A stretch of DNA of 64,000 nucleotides from Podarcis erhardii (lineage: Eukaryota): NCBI GenBank assembly GCA_964252035.1, contig OZ176207.1; one strand, given 5' to 3'. Within the stretch, counting starts at the first letter, position 1; the number at the start of each line of letters is the position of its first letter. A program made the translations under genes and the position numbers. Positions 28,439 through 43,398 of this stretch are shown here, piece by piece. The notes beneath the pieces were generated by a model that had not been told where the DNA came from, made no database searches, and saw nothing but the letters and a program-made list of their open reading frames with translations.

Positions 28439-28977
28439 CTAAAGTGGAAGAGGAAGAAGGAATACTGGATTGAGATTGACTTTTGTATGTGAAAATGGTG
28501 GGTTTTCTGATCTGCTGTCACAAAAGCAGCCCTATGTAAGCACCAATTTGTAAAAGATTTTTTTTACAGAAGATTTATTCATAAAAACATGAAAAAGTGT
28601 CCGGAATTACAGTCATGCCTTCATTCCCACCTACAAACCCTTTTCTACTAACTTGGTGGAGAGGCAGATTCACATATGAAATGTGTTGAGCTTTTCTGAG
28701 GTGAATGGGAATGCTTCCTTTGCAAAAGCTCACAAAATCTACTGCACTGCATACTGGGCCTTGAGTCAGGGCCACTATAAATCTTAGATTCATATAATCT
28801 TTCAGAGAAATTTAAGAAACACGTAAGTAACTGAGTTTAAAAAACCATAAGTCAACAGCATCCCCATGGTGAAAATAATCTGAATAACATTTAGAGAAGT
28901 AATAATATTTTACAGAACTGCAAAACACAATAAAGCAGGTTGATAAAAGCAGCGTCACAAAAAATATGAATTGGGAC

Positions 28978-29105
28978 CTTTTGCATTCTGGACCACCAGT
29001 TAGTATCTTCTTTCTTGCCACCTTTTTTCCCTCCTCCTCCACTGCTTCCTCCTCCTCCTCCACTGTTGGTTCTGGAAGGGCGCTGGGAGTTGGCTTGCTT
29101 TACAT
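28978..29105 (-). CDS. AFG3L2: AFG3L2 exon 4 (Gly-rich; ...KKGGKKEDTNWWSRMQK)
   Basis: 128 nt; poly-Gly then WWSR; donor AAG|GTCCCA is weak but keeps frame with exon 5. Confidence 0.88.
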
Positions 29106-29613
29106 CTACAAAAAAAGTTCACACGCATGTTTCTACAAAAAATAGAAAGCAAGCCTATGTCCCTGTAGTTCTTTGTTTTGTTACTTCTGTAATCTTTACA
29201 CAACACTGATTCTTACAAGATTAACAGATAGATTAGATGTTACAACACACACACACGGCTGTCTACAAAAATAGCGTTCACTCATCTAATCCCAACCCTT
29301 ACTCTGTACCATGGAACAGATCTTACTTTATGCTGCGACAGCAAAACGTTCTGCACCTCCCCACCCTGTATCACTGACTGCTGATGGCATGGTGCAGGGA
29401 ACACAGAACATCATGATGTCACAGCATAGCAAAGCTCTACCAGAAAGCATCAGGGGGTGGGCCTAAATGTGTGGCAGCTGTTTACAACAGAAGTCACATA
29501 TTTAATGTGCAATTTGTTTTTAACACTCAGAATCTGGACTAAGTTACAGAGATGTTACAAAGACTACTTATATCATGTAAATGATGTCCTTTGAGGATTC
29601 AGTAAAGGCAGTA

Positions 29614-29968
29614 CAGTGGTGCCCCGCAAGACGAACGCCTCGCAAGACGGAAAACCCGCTAGACGAAAGGGTTTTCCGTTTTGGAGGCGCTTCGCAAAAC
29701 GAATTTCCCTATGGGCTTGCTTCGCAAGACGAAAATGTCTTGCGAGTTCCTGCGGGGTTTTTTCCCCTTTCCCCCCTTTTCCTAAGCCCTAAGCCGCTTA
29801 TCAGCTGATCCGCTGATAAGCCGCTTATCAGGTGATCCGCTAAAAGCCGCTAAACCACTAATAGCGCTAATCCGCTAAGCTGTCAATGGGCTTGCTTCGC
29901 AAGACGAAAAAACCGCTATACGAAGAACCTCACGGAACGGATTAATTTCGTCTTGCGAGGCACCACTG
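29614..29968. mobile_element. Tigger-like MITE family B
   Basis: TIR CAGTGGTGCC(C/T)CGCAAGACGAA; TA TSDs; CpG-rich, so probably young. Confidence 0.88.
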
Positions 29969-30671
29969 TATATAAAGATTATTATGATGCATCACGCCAG
30001 GCCATGTGTTTAGGTGGGGAACAGTAATGATTATGTAAGAACTCACAACACAGTGAGAGCCTATTAGGGAGAAAACCTGGTGTAAACTGGTTATTGTTGG
30101 GGTGTCTCAAACAACGTATCATGGTACATCCAGATAATGCTTTTTGATTAGATAGAATCCAGTTTTTAGTGGAACAATAGTACAAGCTCAATTTTCCCAA
30201 CCCATTTCCAGCTTCCAGCTCCCTTCTTTATTATGTTTAAATACAGTACCCATGTCAATGTAGCTTTGGCCCTCTTTCTTAACTGATACAAAGTACTCAA
30301 TTCTTTAACAAACATTAAAAGGCACACAAACCAGGGATATAAACAGGCCCAGTTAACGTAGATCGTTAATCAAATGCTCAAGGAAAAAATAACACCACCA
30401 CAAACATCTAACAGAGAATTCAGAAATTGAATATGGTGATGCTGGAGCAGAAACATATCAATTCTACAATGTGAAGACCTGGCACATAAAATGTGACAAC
30501 AGAAGTCACAAGACAGAAGTAAACTGTAGGAAATAGTGACCACTTTCATGGCCATTGTCAAAACTAGGACACAGCAACATGGGGCTTGTATATAAGAGCA
30601 GTCAAAATTAATAATAACCAAAGTGACATTTATCCTACATATGAGCCTCAAGTGAAAAAGCAGACTGGTAC

Positions 30672-30740
30672 CTTTAGCTTCTCCTTCTGAGCCCTTTGTT
30701 TCATTAGGTTTCTTTTCATCAGGGAAATATTTTTCAAAAC
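30672..30740 (-). CDS. AFG3L2: AFG3L2 exon 3 (GFEKYFPDEKKPNETKGSEGEAK)
   Basis: GFEKYFP motif; 69 nt; phase 1-1. Confidence 0.92.
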
Positions 30741-31199
30741 CTAATAAGGAAAAAAGCAGCAATAAAAATTGAATATATTATATTATGCTTGAGGCAGTGA
30801 AGTCTCATCAAAAATAGCCTCACCATGTGTTTCAGGGAACAGGAAAAGAGGTGGATATGTGAGTTTCACATATCTGATAAAGCTAAACAGGAGGGTGGGT
30901 GGGTGGGAAAAGGAGATAAATGCATGTGTGTCATTTAAAAATATTTCTGATAAAGAATAGTAACTGCCCAAGTGCCTATCAAAAGTGTCTACCCTCTAGT
31001 TTCTAGAAGAACTACACTGCTGAAACAAGAAAAAGGTAGGAAGGTGGAAAACTGGAAGCAGTCTTTTTTGTGGAGAGAAAGGACTATTCTGAGAGCTCAG
31101 TCAGCCCTTGGACTGAAACAGGTGAGTCAAAGAACATATGTAGCTTGAGATAGGGACAAAGAAAGAATAATATTCCTGTCCAGCTTCAGGCCTGGGTTT

Positions 31200-31570
31200 A
31201 GCTTGAAAAACACCTTGACTGGCCTTGGTGGTTGACTTATCGACTGGGGATGGAACTGAGCACAATCCTACTGGCTGTCCAGGATCTCTTAGTGGCTTTC
31301 AACACCATCAATCAACACTATCCTTCTGAGCTACTTGACTGGGTTGGACTTGGAAGGCAGAGTGTTCTGCTGGCTCTGGTGCCTCCTGGATAGTTGATTC
31401 CAGATGGTTGTGATGAGGGGACCTTCTGTTTTACCCCTTGAGTTTTGGCTTTGTTTTGTGTTCTGTCTCCCATGCTTTTCAACATCTGCATGAAACTGCT
31501 GGGAGAAGTCATTCAAAGGTTTCAGCTGCCACATGCAGGTGACTTTAGCTCTACCCCTTGTTTCCATCTA
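31200..31570 (+). mobile_element. Old L2/CR1-group reverse transcriptase fragment
   Basis: Degenerate DL(S)AFNTI and MLFNICMKLLGEVIQRF motifs. Confidence 0.65.
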
Positions 31571-32130
31571 CTCATCTCAGGGAGGCTGTGGGACTCCTGA
31601 ACTAAATGGTTTGTGATTAGGTTACTTGAAAGACTGTCTACGTATGTATCAATCTGTCAGGAACCCATACTCATGTACCCACCAGTGTGATCATTTAGGT
31701 TGGTGGGCATGAAGGAAAGGCCCTTCTCAGTGATGGTCCAAGATTGTGCAACAATACGAGAGGGGAGTTTTGTGGGAGATTGCTTTCTGACTGCACATTA
31801 TGCTGGAAAGACAGCAGGACAGCTGTGCTTAACTTCTAAAGAGTAAAGAGCTAGGGCTCAGGCCACATCTTTCATTCTGAGTGAGGAAGCAATGCAATTA
31901 AGGTGTAATTGTTCTGCAGCAAGGCAATAGGTCTCTGCACATTCTCAGAACTATGCTCCTTCAAACATTCTAGTGCAGCTCTGGTATTGGAAAAAAAACC
32001 ATGTTTATTTCTATGCTGCTTCCCATAAAATTGTGCCTAAGCAGTTTTAAACACATAAGATGAATAAGCGTATTAGTCAATAATATAATAATAAGCTACA
32101 CAATATTATTATTTTACAGCAAAAAATTAC

Positions 32131-32230
32131 CTTTTGGAGGTTGGGAGAAGAGCTTCCTGTAAACAGCAATTACACTTGCAAGGACATTGCTTCTGTTTGT
32201 AGGAACTTGTGTGGCCACATGGTCATGAAG
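32131..32230 (-). CDS. AFG3L2: AFG3L2 exon 2 (LHDHVATQVPTNRSNVLASVIAVYRKLFSQPPK)
   Basis: 100 nt; ttttcag acceptor, AAG|GTAATT donor; ends in the conserved PPKG. Confidence 0.92.
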
Positions 32231-33307
32231 CTGAAAAAATGAGAATTGTCACTAAAAAACCAAGACAGATCCTCAGCATCTTTTCAGCACAATCCTATGC
32301 ATGCTTAATTGCAAATAAATCCCATAGATTTCAATGGGGCTTACTTTCTAGTAAGCATGCACAGAATTGCTGCCTTAGGTTGCAACCCAAACCCTAGCTG
32401 GAGAGCAGTGGGACCACCAAGGTATCCACAGCCCAGTTGTTCATGCTAGCCCAGAAAGGGGAGATGGCAGGCAAACAGCTGCCCAAGCCTGGAGCTGTGC
32501 CAGAGATCAGGCCCATAATGGGACTAATATAATTATGTGACTGCTGCAGGACCAGCTTGGGATCCACTGGATCCCAGGCTGACTCAGACCTTCCCTGCCC
32601 CCAGAACACACGGTTTCAGGGCTATCTGTCTGCATGTTTGTGCCAGTGGATACAAACTGACATGGGTACAGGGCTGGCAGGGCTGGACACAGCACCATCT
32701 CTGCCCAATATAAACACCCTTTCTGGAAAAAGGTGTTTGAATTGCAGCCTTAGACTGCAGTTGTATACATTCATACATGCGAGTAGGTTCCACTTGAAGG
32801 CCTGTTTTTGCAATATGAAATAATGGTTATTCATTTAAAAGCAGCCACTCTCCCAGTTTCACAAATATCCTGGCACATTTTTTTACATCATCGGAGGTTC
32901 TCCTGCACCACCCCTGATGTAAAAGATGTCTTTTGGTTTCATTTCTCAATGGGTACTCTGGATAGGTACATCTGGAATGTTGCCTGGGGATGAAATATCA
33001 CAAAATAACAGGGTAAGGGGGATAAGCAAAGAGAGTGAAAGTTCGCTCCACAGTGTGAGTAAAAGCAGTTTACTCCATCATTCATCCTCTTACTTTTCCA
33101 AATGAGATGCTGAAGCAAGTTTACAAAGAACAGATAAAAGCAACTCTCAACTCACCTGAGCTAGAAACTAGCTCACATATCACTTCTGTTATGAATTTAG
33201 CAGGTGATGTTAAATAAACCACTGTCTCTACTCACACTTTGCCCTCAACCCAATATACAACAGGGGGATAATGATGATATGCTTTACAGGGTTGCTGAAA
33301 GATAATA

Positions 33308-33532
33308 CAGTGGTACCTCGGGTTAAGTACTTAATTCATTCTGGAGGTCCGTTCTTAACCTGAAGCACCACTTTAGCTAATGGGGCCTCCTGCTGCCGCC
33401 GCGCTGCCGGAGCACGATTTCTGTTCTCATCCTGAAGCAAAGTTCTTAACCTGAAGCACTATTTCTGGGTTAGCGGAGTCTGTAACCTGAAGCGTATATA
33501 ACCTGAAGCATATGTAACCCGAGGTACCACTG
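33308..33532. mobile_element. MITE family A, copy 4 (AFG3L2 intron 1)
   Basis: TA TSDs; orientation as copy 1. Confidence 0.9.
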
Positions 33533-33744
33533 TAATTATAAAATTACAAGAGAATGTACAGGAAACTCTTTGAACACTCAAAAGCACTATACAAATCCTT
33601 TTGAATACGAGAAGTGCAGTTCAGTGGTAGAACCCATTTTCTTCATCTGCAAAAAGTTCCAGATTCACTCTCTGACATCGCCAGGCAAGAGCGGTCAAGA
33701 TTTGCTTTTTAAAAAAATATTTCTCAAAACCGTCAAGAACCTCT

Positions 33745-33773
33745 GTCAGTCAGTCAGTCAGTCAGTCAGTCAG
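33745..33773. repeat. (GTCA)n microsatellite
   Basis: Read directly. Confidence 0.95.
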
Positions 33774-33869
33774 CGAAGCCCACTGTGGTCTTCTTGGACC
33801 AAGGGACTGTGACTCGGTAAAAAGCAAAACCCGCATATGCCTAAACCGAGTATCCGTGATTCAGGCTAG

Positions 33870-34530
33870 CAAAGGTGAGATGCTCAGCATTTCTCGCCGT
33901 CACCATTACGGTGCTGAAACAGCCACGACACAAGCCGGTTCTCTCTTTTAACCTTCGGGGGGATACGAAACGTCAGCTGCCAAGTGACTCCACGGGGACG
34001 GGACTCCCTCGCGGCAGCGGCGGCCCCGGTCCACCTCCGGCAGGCGCGGCCAGGAAGGGCGGCGGTGCCCGGGAGGCGCACCCCACTCCCCTCGCGCCCT
34101 GCCCTTGCCTGACACGCACGTGACTCACCAATCTCAGGTAGCGCGAAGGCGCTGCGGGGCCTCGGCCCCAAAGCAGCCGCTGGGCGGCCCCGGGGATCCC
34201 GCCGGGGGAACGCCGGCAGCAGCCCCGCGACAGCCACAGGCAGCGGTGAGCCATAGTCGCCGAAACAGGCCAGCGGCCCCAAAGGACCGCTCTCTCCACT
34301 CACTCAGTTACACAAACAGGCGAGCGGGTGGTTGGGGGACCTTGGCCACGCCCCCGGCGCCGCGCGTGACGCCATCACGGCGCCCCATGACCCCTCCCGC
34401 GCGTGCGCGCAGCCTTCGCCATGCTCCGCCTTTTTTCGTAAGCCCCGCCTCTTTTGGAGGCGTTGCGCGTGTTGCTCTCCGCCAGCCTGGTGCAACAACG
34501 AGACGACCCTATTGAAGACTTGCACGCTAG
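33870..34530. promoter_or_regulatory. CpG island, AFG3L2 promoter and exon 1; NRF1-like GCGCACGCGC at 34399-34408 (-)
   Basis: Very high GC and CpG density around the ATG. Confidence 0.85.
34129..34254 (-). CDS. AFG3L2: AFG3L2 exon 1 (MAHRCLWLSRGCC..., mitochondrial presequence)
   Basis: MAHRCL start as in vertebrate AFG3L2; inside CpG island; TTG|GTGAGT donor; 126 nt. Confidence 0.93.
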
Positions 34531-34554
34531 CTGAAAGACGACCCCTGCTTGGTA

Positions 34555-34780
34555 CAGTGGTACCTCGGGTTACATACGCTTCAGGTTACACACTCCGCTA
34601 ACCCAGAAATAGTGCTTCAGGTTAAGATCTTTGCTTCAGGATAAGAACAGAAATCGGGCTCCGGCGGCGCAGCAGCAGCAGGAGGCCCCATTAGCTAAAG
34701 TGGTGCTTCAGGTTAAGAACAGTTTCAGGTTAAGAATGGACCTCCGGAATGAATTAAGTACTTAACCCGAGGTACCACTG
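34555..34780. mobile_element. MITE family A, copy 5 (just upstream of AFG3L2)
   Basis: TA TSDs; perfect terminal TIRs. Confidence 0.92.
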
Positions 34781-35739
34781 TATTTGTACCCAAGGCAAAC
34801 ACGCCTACAGGGTGATGGTTGTGCCTGCTGAGGCAGGTTGGCACCTGTGGATCAGGAGTCGATGAGCGCCGAAATCACATGGCGTCAAGGACACTTGCGT
34901 AGGCCCCGACGGTATTAATTAGTTACATATATGTCGAAGGGGAAAGAGTGATGCCTTGGAATTTATTTGCAAGGTCAGTCGGACGGAGACACGTGGCTCC
35001 GGCATAACCTCGGCCCAGGAAAGTGGAAGAGAGTTCACCAATAAAAGGTGCCGGAAGCTGCAATTATTTTAATCCTATTTGATTTTAAATTGTCCCAGTA
35101 CCACGGTCGCTGCCTACTGATTTCGGATTGCATCTCTCATTACGTTACCCGCGCAGAAACTCTGTGATGAGACAGTTCGGTGTAAATTGCAAGCCTAAAC
35201 ACATTTATTGGGGAGTAGAAACTGAACACAGTTACATAAAGTTACATAATCCTATGTTCGGTATTTTCGAGGACTCTGTTTTGATTACTGTCAAGTAGTT
35301 GGGCTTAAATCGCATAGAATACAGTAACATTTTCTCCCCAATTATGTGTGTGTAAGAACATCGGTAGATGTTAATTCTGTGACAATCCATAGGCAGGTTT
35401 TCCCGCGCTCTGCTATGTATTCTAGCGATGGCCCTAGAAATCAAGGCCAGTCGTGAAACCAGTTTGCTTAATTTTCTCTAATGTAACAGGCCTGCCTTAA
35501 GTCAACTTGAATTTAGTTTTGTTTTAAGAATGATTTTACAATGCGTTTGCCAGCGGCTTTGTACAATCTCATGTATATACATTGACAATCATTCATTCTA
35601 AATATGCGTGGATAGGACCGAACCTTTTCCCCTTTAATAAATACGCGCTGCAGAAAACGTGGAAGATTTTATTCCGTGAAAATGTGTGACCTGACTTAAT
35701 TCGCACCCTAAACCCAGTGAGACTGAAGTCAGTAAGAGT

Positions 35740-36680
35740 CAGAGGCCACGGCGACACAAGATACTACTCTTGTGCTTTCTGTGCGGGCAAAGATCAAAAC
35801 ACACCCCATGCCAAGGGCAGCCTTAGAATCCCACGCTCGGCTCACGACTGATGCAGCCGGCGCAGAGGCGCTACGGATCCGCAAACCCGCGAGGCAAAGC
35901 GACTGGATCCGCCGAGGAGTCACGCAATTGGCAAGGAGCGGCGCGTTTCCAGAGCCGAAGCCCTGACGTCACTGGCGAGGAATGTGAGCTGGGCGTCCCC
36001 TGTTCAAGGTCTTCACACGGACTTGACGCGTCCTTTCCCCGGGCATCGAAGGGTGCAGGGAGGCGGGAGCGAGCCAGGTGTCTTTCCAGCGGAGAGGAGC
36101 GGCGATTGGCTGGCGCGGGGAAGAAGGGCGGGTGGGAGACGGCTGACGTCATCGCCCACCCTCCTCCGGGGAAAAGCGCCGCCCTTTCCTTTGGGCCGGA
36201 GAAGCCGGTTCTTTCCATTGAGCCGCCATTAACGCCGCTGCTTTTACAGACAGGATGAAGATCTGGAGCTCGGAGCACGAGTTTGGGTAAGGCGAGGACG
36301 GGAGTGGCGCGCGTTCCGTCCTTGACAGCAGCAGCCCGCGCTGGCGGAGGAACAGAAAAACCACTGGTTCTTCCGAGCTCAGTGTTGCCTACACTGGCTG
36401 GCAGCGGCTCTCCAGGGGTCTCTCCCCGTCCCATCGGGAGATGCTGGGGGTTGAGCCTGTGCAAAGGAGATGCTTTGGCAGTGAGCTACAGCCCTTCTCT
36501 AGCTGAGCTATGGAGCTTTCTTTGGAAGGGAAAACGAATAAAACTCTCCTCTTCCCTTCTCCGTTTCCGCTTGGTATACAACTCGTGCTTTTTGGTCACC
36601 GCGAGAGGACATCGGTAGCATCCTGCCCCGGCGCGCTTGCTCCCTCACCAAGGGCTTTAAACATGGTCTGTCGTGGGTTT
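35740..36680. promoter_or_regulatory. CpG island, PRELID3A promoter: two full CRE palindromes (35964-35971, 36144-36151), inverted CCAAT (36105), GC box (36126), YY1-like GCCGCCATT (36222)
   Basis: Motifs read directly from the sequence; CpG-rich. Confidence 0.85.
36255..36286 (+). CDS. PRELID3A: PRELID3A exon 1 (MKIWSSEHEFG)
   Basis: 32 nt; PRELI/SLMO N-terminus; GG|GTAAGG donor. Confidence 0.95.
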
Positions 36681-39600
36681 GCGCTTGCTCCCGAATGCCT
36701 GCCTTATGAAAGACCTTTAAAAATGTTGTCTTAGCTGCCCTTTAAGGTCTCTTAAGTGTTGTTGTGTGACATACATCTTCCTTGACGGTGGGCTGAGGAC
36801 TGTTGGGTTGATGCAGTTTGAAACAAATGGTGGACTCCAGGTTGGGGACGGCTGGCCCCTGCGCTCTGTCTGTTGCTGTCTTTTTATTAGAAAGGGAAGC
36901 AGTAGGTGTTTCTCCATGCACTGAGCTGCCCTGCAAATGCTTGTGATATCTGGGGCAAAGGTGACAACTTCCTTTCTTCAAGGTCGTGTCATGGTAATAC
37001 GCCTTTGCTGCATAAACTGCTGAGTAGAACTGGTTTCTAAAAATACCTCAGTGTAACTCAAGTATGTTGCTATTGCCATGAATGTTGGGGACAGAAACTT
37101 GGTAGGCCTTTGCCACTCTCGTTTCCTTCAAGGGTTAGAACTGCTACCCAGAAGATGTTACTCTTGAGACTTCAGTTCTGCTTTCCATCATTTTAATGGG
37201 GCTTGGAATATTTTTGAGTGTCAGAGGCCCTCAGACTTTTTGGCTGGTCATGGTTACCAAAGCTAAGCTGGTGATTGCCAGGACTCCTTGCCTCCCTTTC
37301 GGTATATTAGGATTGGGCTGCTGGTCCCTGACTTTCCCCTGCATCTGTGCGCAAGGACATCAGCAATCCCCTGTGCGGTTACAGTCCCTATTACAGTGCT
37401 TACAGTAATAACAGTAATTGCAGTGGTTACAGTGCTGAAGTTCAGAAGACCTCATCTGTGTGGACAATCTGTTTTCTGATCACTTGGGACATTAATGCTG
37501 CCAGTGGTTCAAATAGCGATCTTCACTCTCCTGCTCTGGAGCTAGAGAGACTGGCTGGGTTTTCTTTGTTGTTTTTTGAAGGTGGCTGAAGAGACCTGAG
37601 CACCAAAATGGGAAGCCCCAATCTTTCTTTTCAGCTTGGAGCTGAGATGAGGGTATGGGATCTTCCTCTTTGATTTATTATGCCCTCTGAAACTCAGTTG
37701 ACCTCTGGTTAATGATCTCTGACTCCTCATCTAGAAGCTGGAGCAGAAGGATGGGACTTTTCTTGTCACTCTTACCAGGAATGATGGAATACTAGTGGGG
37801 TGCATAATTGTGGACCACTGTGAACTGTACCTTTTTGTTCTTCTAAGAAATTGAGCTGTAGGACATGAGGGACATGGAGGCAATGGTGCAATTGTTCTGT
37901 CTAGCAATTTAAGAGGGAATTTTCTTTAGTACTCCAGGAAAGGGTGGTTGAAAATGGGAGGAGAGGTTGCCACATCTTGCCTCTGTACAGATGCGTAGGA
38001 AATAACATCATGACAGTGGCTTCCTGGAATTTTGCAATAAAACAAGCTGAGACACTACCTGTAATAGCTTGTAATTAAATGGGTGGAAAGTAGGTTATGA
38101 TGTGTTCAGTGGGTTCTGTTTTTTTGCATTGCCATAAAAAAGGCATATACTTCTTCCAAAGAAAGAGGGGTTGAGACCCTATGGCATGAGTATACTGAAT
38201 TAGCAGTATGGCTTTGAAGGGCTCCTGAGACTATCTAGCAGTTAAGTGCAATACCAGATCACTGATGATGATGTTGGTATAAGCTACTTGTAAATAGCCA
38301 AAGTGCCATAAAACACTTTCCCAGTAATGAAGGAAATGCTTAAATTGCAACACCACACTCTTTTAAAAAAAAAAAAACTAATGTAAAAGTGTGTTTCTCA
38401 AAAGTGTGAGATAGCAGTGGAGCTACGCAGGCTGATACTGAATAAGTGTGATAATATCTGAATTTAAGCATGACTTTCTCTCTCCCTCAGTCCTTATCTT
38501 TGTGAACAAGGACAGCCCAATGTTAACTTCCTTTACTTAGTCACTGGGTTTCATAAGTTCTTATTAGCTTACTGAAAATATTTCACCACTGAGTTAATGT
38601 TACTTAAGCAATGAATGTTTTCTGGAAATGAAAGATATATGCTACATAGGAACATAGAATGTAGAAAGCTGGTTTATACCAAGCTAGACCATTTGTCCAT
38701 CTAGCTCAGCTTTTTCAACACTGAATGGAAGTGTTTCTCCAGCATTTCAGATGGGAGTCTTTCCCCGTGCTTCTTGAACCTTGGAGCATTTTCATGCAAA
38801 GCGTGTTCTATAACGTTAACCTATAATTCTTCTTCTTATTTTGTTATTGTGCATAATACTTCTACCACAGCTCTAAGCATGCTTGAGTGTGTCCTATTGA
38901 AATCAGTGGGACCCAGTTCTGAGTAAGCATGGCTAGGCTAGGATCCAGCTGTAAGAATTGATTTCCTATTGCTGTGTCAAATGCTTCCTCTCCAGAGGAG
39001 AACTTGTGCTAAATAAGTGCTGAAAATTGAAAGTGGTGTTTCTTGCCTTTAATATCTGTCACTCTGTTGTGCCTAGAAAGAGCTGCCATCTAAACTAGAA
39101 GTAGTCAACGTTGTGCCCTCCAGATATTGTTGGACTGTCACTCCCACCTTCCCTGACCATTGGCCAAAATGGTTGGGACTGGTGGGGGTTTCAGGATAGC
39201 AGCCTTTGAAGAGGGCTAGATCGGCAAATCTCTGATCTGACCAAAGTTTATATAGCACTATATTCTGAAACTTACTAATTGTGCTGGTCATTTGGGGGTG
39301 TCACTTAAACTGTAGGTGCTTGACAGGTTTGTGAACTGTCCTGAGATCTTTGCCTGAAGAGTGGTATATAAATTTAATAAATTATTATTATTATTATTAT
39401 GGTTCAAAGGTCTTGCTCTCCAGACGTCGGCACTGGAGGATTTCCCAACTCTTTGGAGTAGATTTTAAGGATGGAGAGTTGCTGCAGGGGGACAAAGGGG
39501 AAGTCTCATTTTTCAAGCAGAAATCTGTTCTGCTCTTGCAATTTCAGTATTGGATACCACCTTATACGTATAGTACCCTTATGCCAAAGTGCTTACAGTA

Positions 39601-39790
39601 GTTAACAGCCTAATAGACCAAATATGAAGCAAGTGACAGGGGAGGAAGAGAAAAATAAGCAAATTCAGGTACCAACTCTTACATGATATTAAATACTGTG
39701 TTTTGGAATGTATGCTTTGTATACCATAAATGCAAACTAAAATGTTCAGTTTTAATTAAATAGCATTTCATACAGAGAATTCTTAATGCA

Positions 39791-41508
<1,718 letters not shown>

Positions 41509-41742
41509 TAACCACGGTGGCTAGTGGTAGGCTGAATCTTTTTATGAAATAAAAACACGTGTTCTATTCTTGACTGCATTGCACATAATGACTCTCATAG
41601 TAAATGCTTAGGCTAAATTTCCTCAAGAGTTGCAACTCACCTAGAGAACCTGGTTCAATGAGACTCTTTGTTTGGACAGGGGCTATCACTGCATGCTTTA
41701 CAGAAATACATTTATCACCAACCTTTTTGATATTTTGCTTGA

Positions 41743-41967
<225 letters not shown>

Positions 41968-43099
41968 TGAGGCAGTCCTTGCTTATGTTGGGAAAACGTT
42001 GCTGTAAGGGCATAGCAGGAACCAAGGCTAGCATTCTCTGTGTATGCTAGATAACTTTAGATTATTATTTTTTAAAGAAACTGGGATTGCTAGCTTTACT
42101 TTCTCTGATGAAATTATTTCTAGAGGATCCGAAAGTTCTTTATGGGCAGAATCCAACTTTGCACAAGTGGACTTCCATTCATGCAGTGGGACTTCACCAT
42201 CTCCTCCTTTTCCTCGCTCTGTGCAGTCCCAAAGTCTTCTCCATTGGGCCCCCAACTCTCTGGAGCAAAATTTGAGGGTGGGAGGGCTGCTGGGGGGAGA
42301 GCAGGGAAAGGCGAGTCCTTCCCACACACAGGCAGCTTTGGGTATAAATGTGTGTAATTTGGCTGGCTCTATGCTATTTGAAGCTTGTAGTACAAGGTCA
42401 GGGAATTGAAGCAGGCCAGCAGGCCAAATCCATATCTCCCGTACTCCCCATAGGTCAATTCTGGCAGCTGGGGGGGGCTGCCCACCAGTTAGTCACCTGG
42501 CACCATCCTCATCATCATATCATCAGGTGAGGGCTTCAAAGGAGTTCCCTCTCAGCACTGATCAACTGATGGGTGCTGAGAGATCCCCTTTGAAGTCTGG
42601 TTGCAGCTGTGGTATGGATTCAGGCATGCTTTGTATCCAAACCACAGCTGCAACCAAACTTCAAAGCAACTTTCTCTCAATGTCCCTCAGCTTATGAGTG
42701 TGGAGATTGGAACTTCAAGGGGTCTTGCTCTCTCTGTCCGTCAGCTGATTGGGGCTGACAGTGAGCTATACCCAATTGCACATGGAGTTCACTGGTGGGG
42801 CGCTCCCTAGGGTAGCCAATGCTAGCCACATATTTATCTGTCCCAAACCTGGCATCACACATGTGGGGGAGTGGGTATGGTTTGTGACCTAACTAGGCCT
42901 ATGGACCTGAAATTCCTTACTCCTGCTTTAAAATGTGACTTTAATTCCTAGAAAGTTTGCTTAGGATCCAGCCTTAGTTGTTTTTAAAAATGCAGTCTAT
43001 CATTTTCTTTAAGTAAAGTAGACAATCTTTTTTATTATGTATTATGCTAGATAATACTAAGATTAGTTAAACTAATCTTTGTTTCTTCTTCCCTTTAAG

Positions 43100-43170
43100 A
43101 TAACACTTACAAATCTTATATCAGTTGATGAAAGGTTGGTATATACGCCACACCCTGAGAACCCGGAAAA
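43100..43170 (+). CDS. PRELID3A: PRELID3A exon 4 ([23 protein letters not shown])
   Basis: 71 nt; canonical splice sites. Confidence 0.95.
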
Positions 43171-43200
43171 GTAAGTTGGAATGTCTTTGACTTTCAGTAA

Positions 43201-43398
<198 letters not shown>

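Noticed and set aside
33875-36734. Many 70-200-aa ORFs in the CpG islands
   Set aside because: GC-rich sequence lacks stops; only the AFG3L2 and PRELID3A first exons are supported
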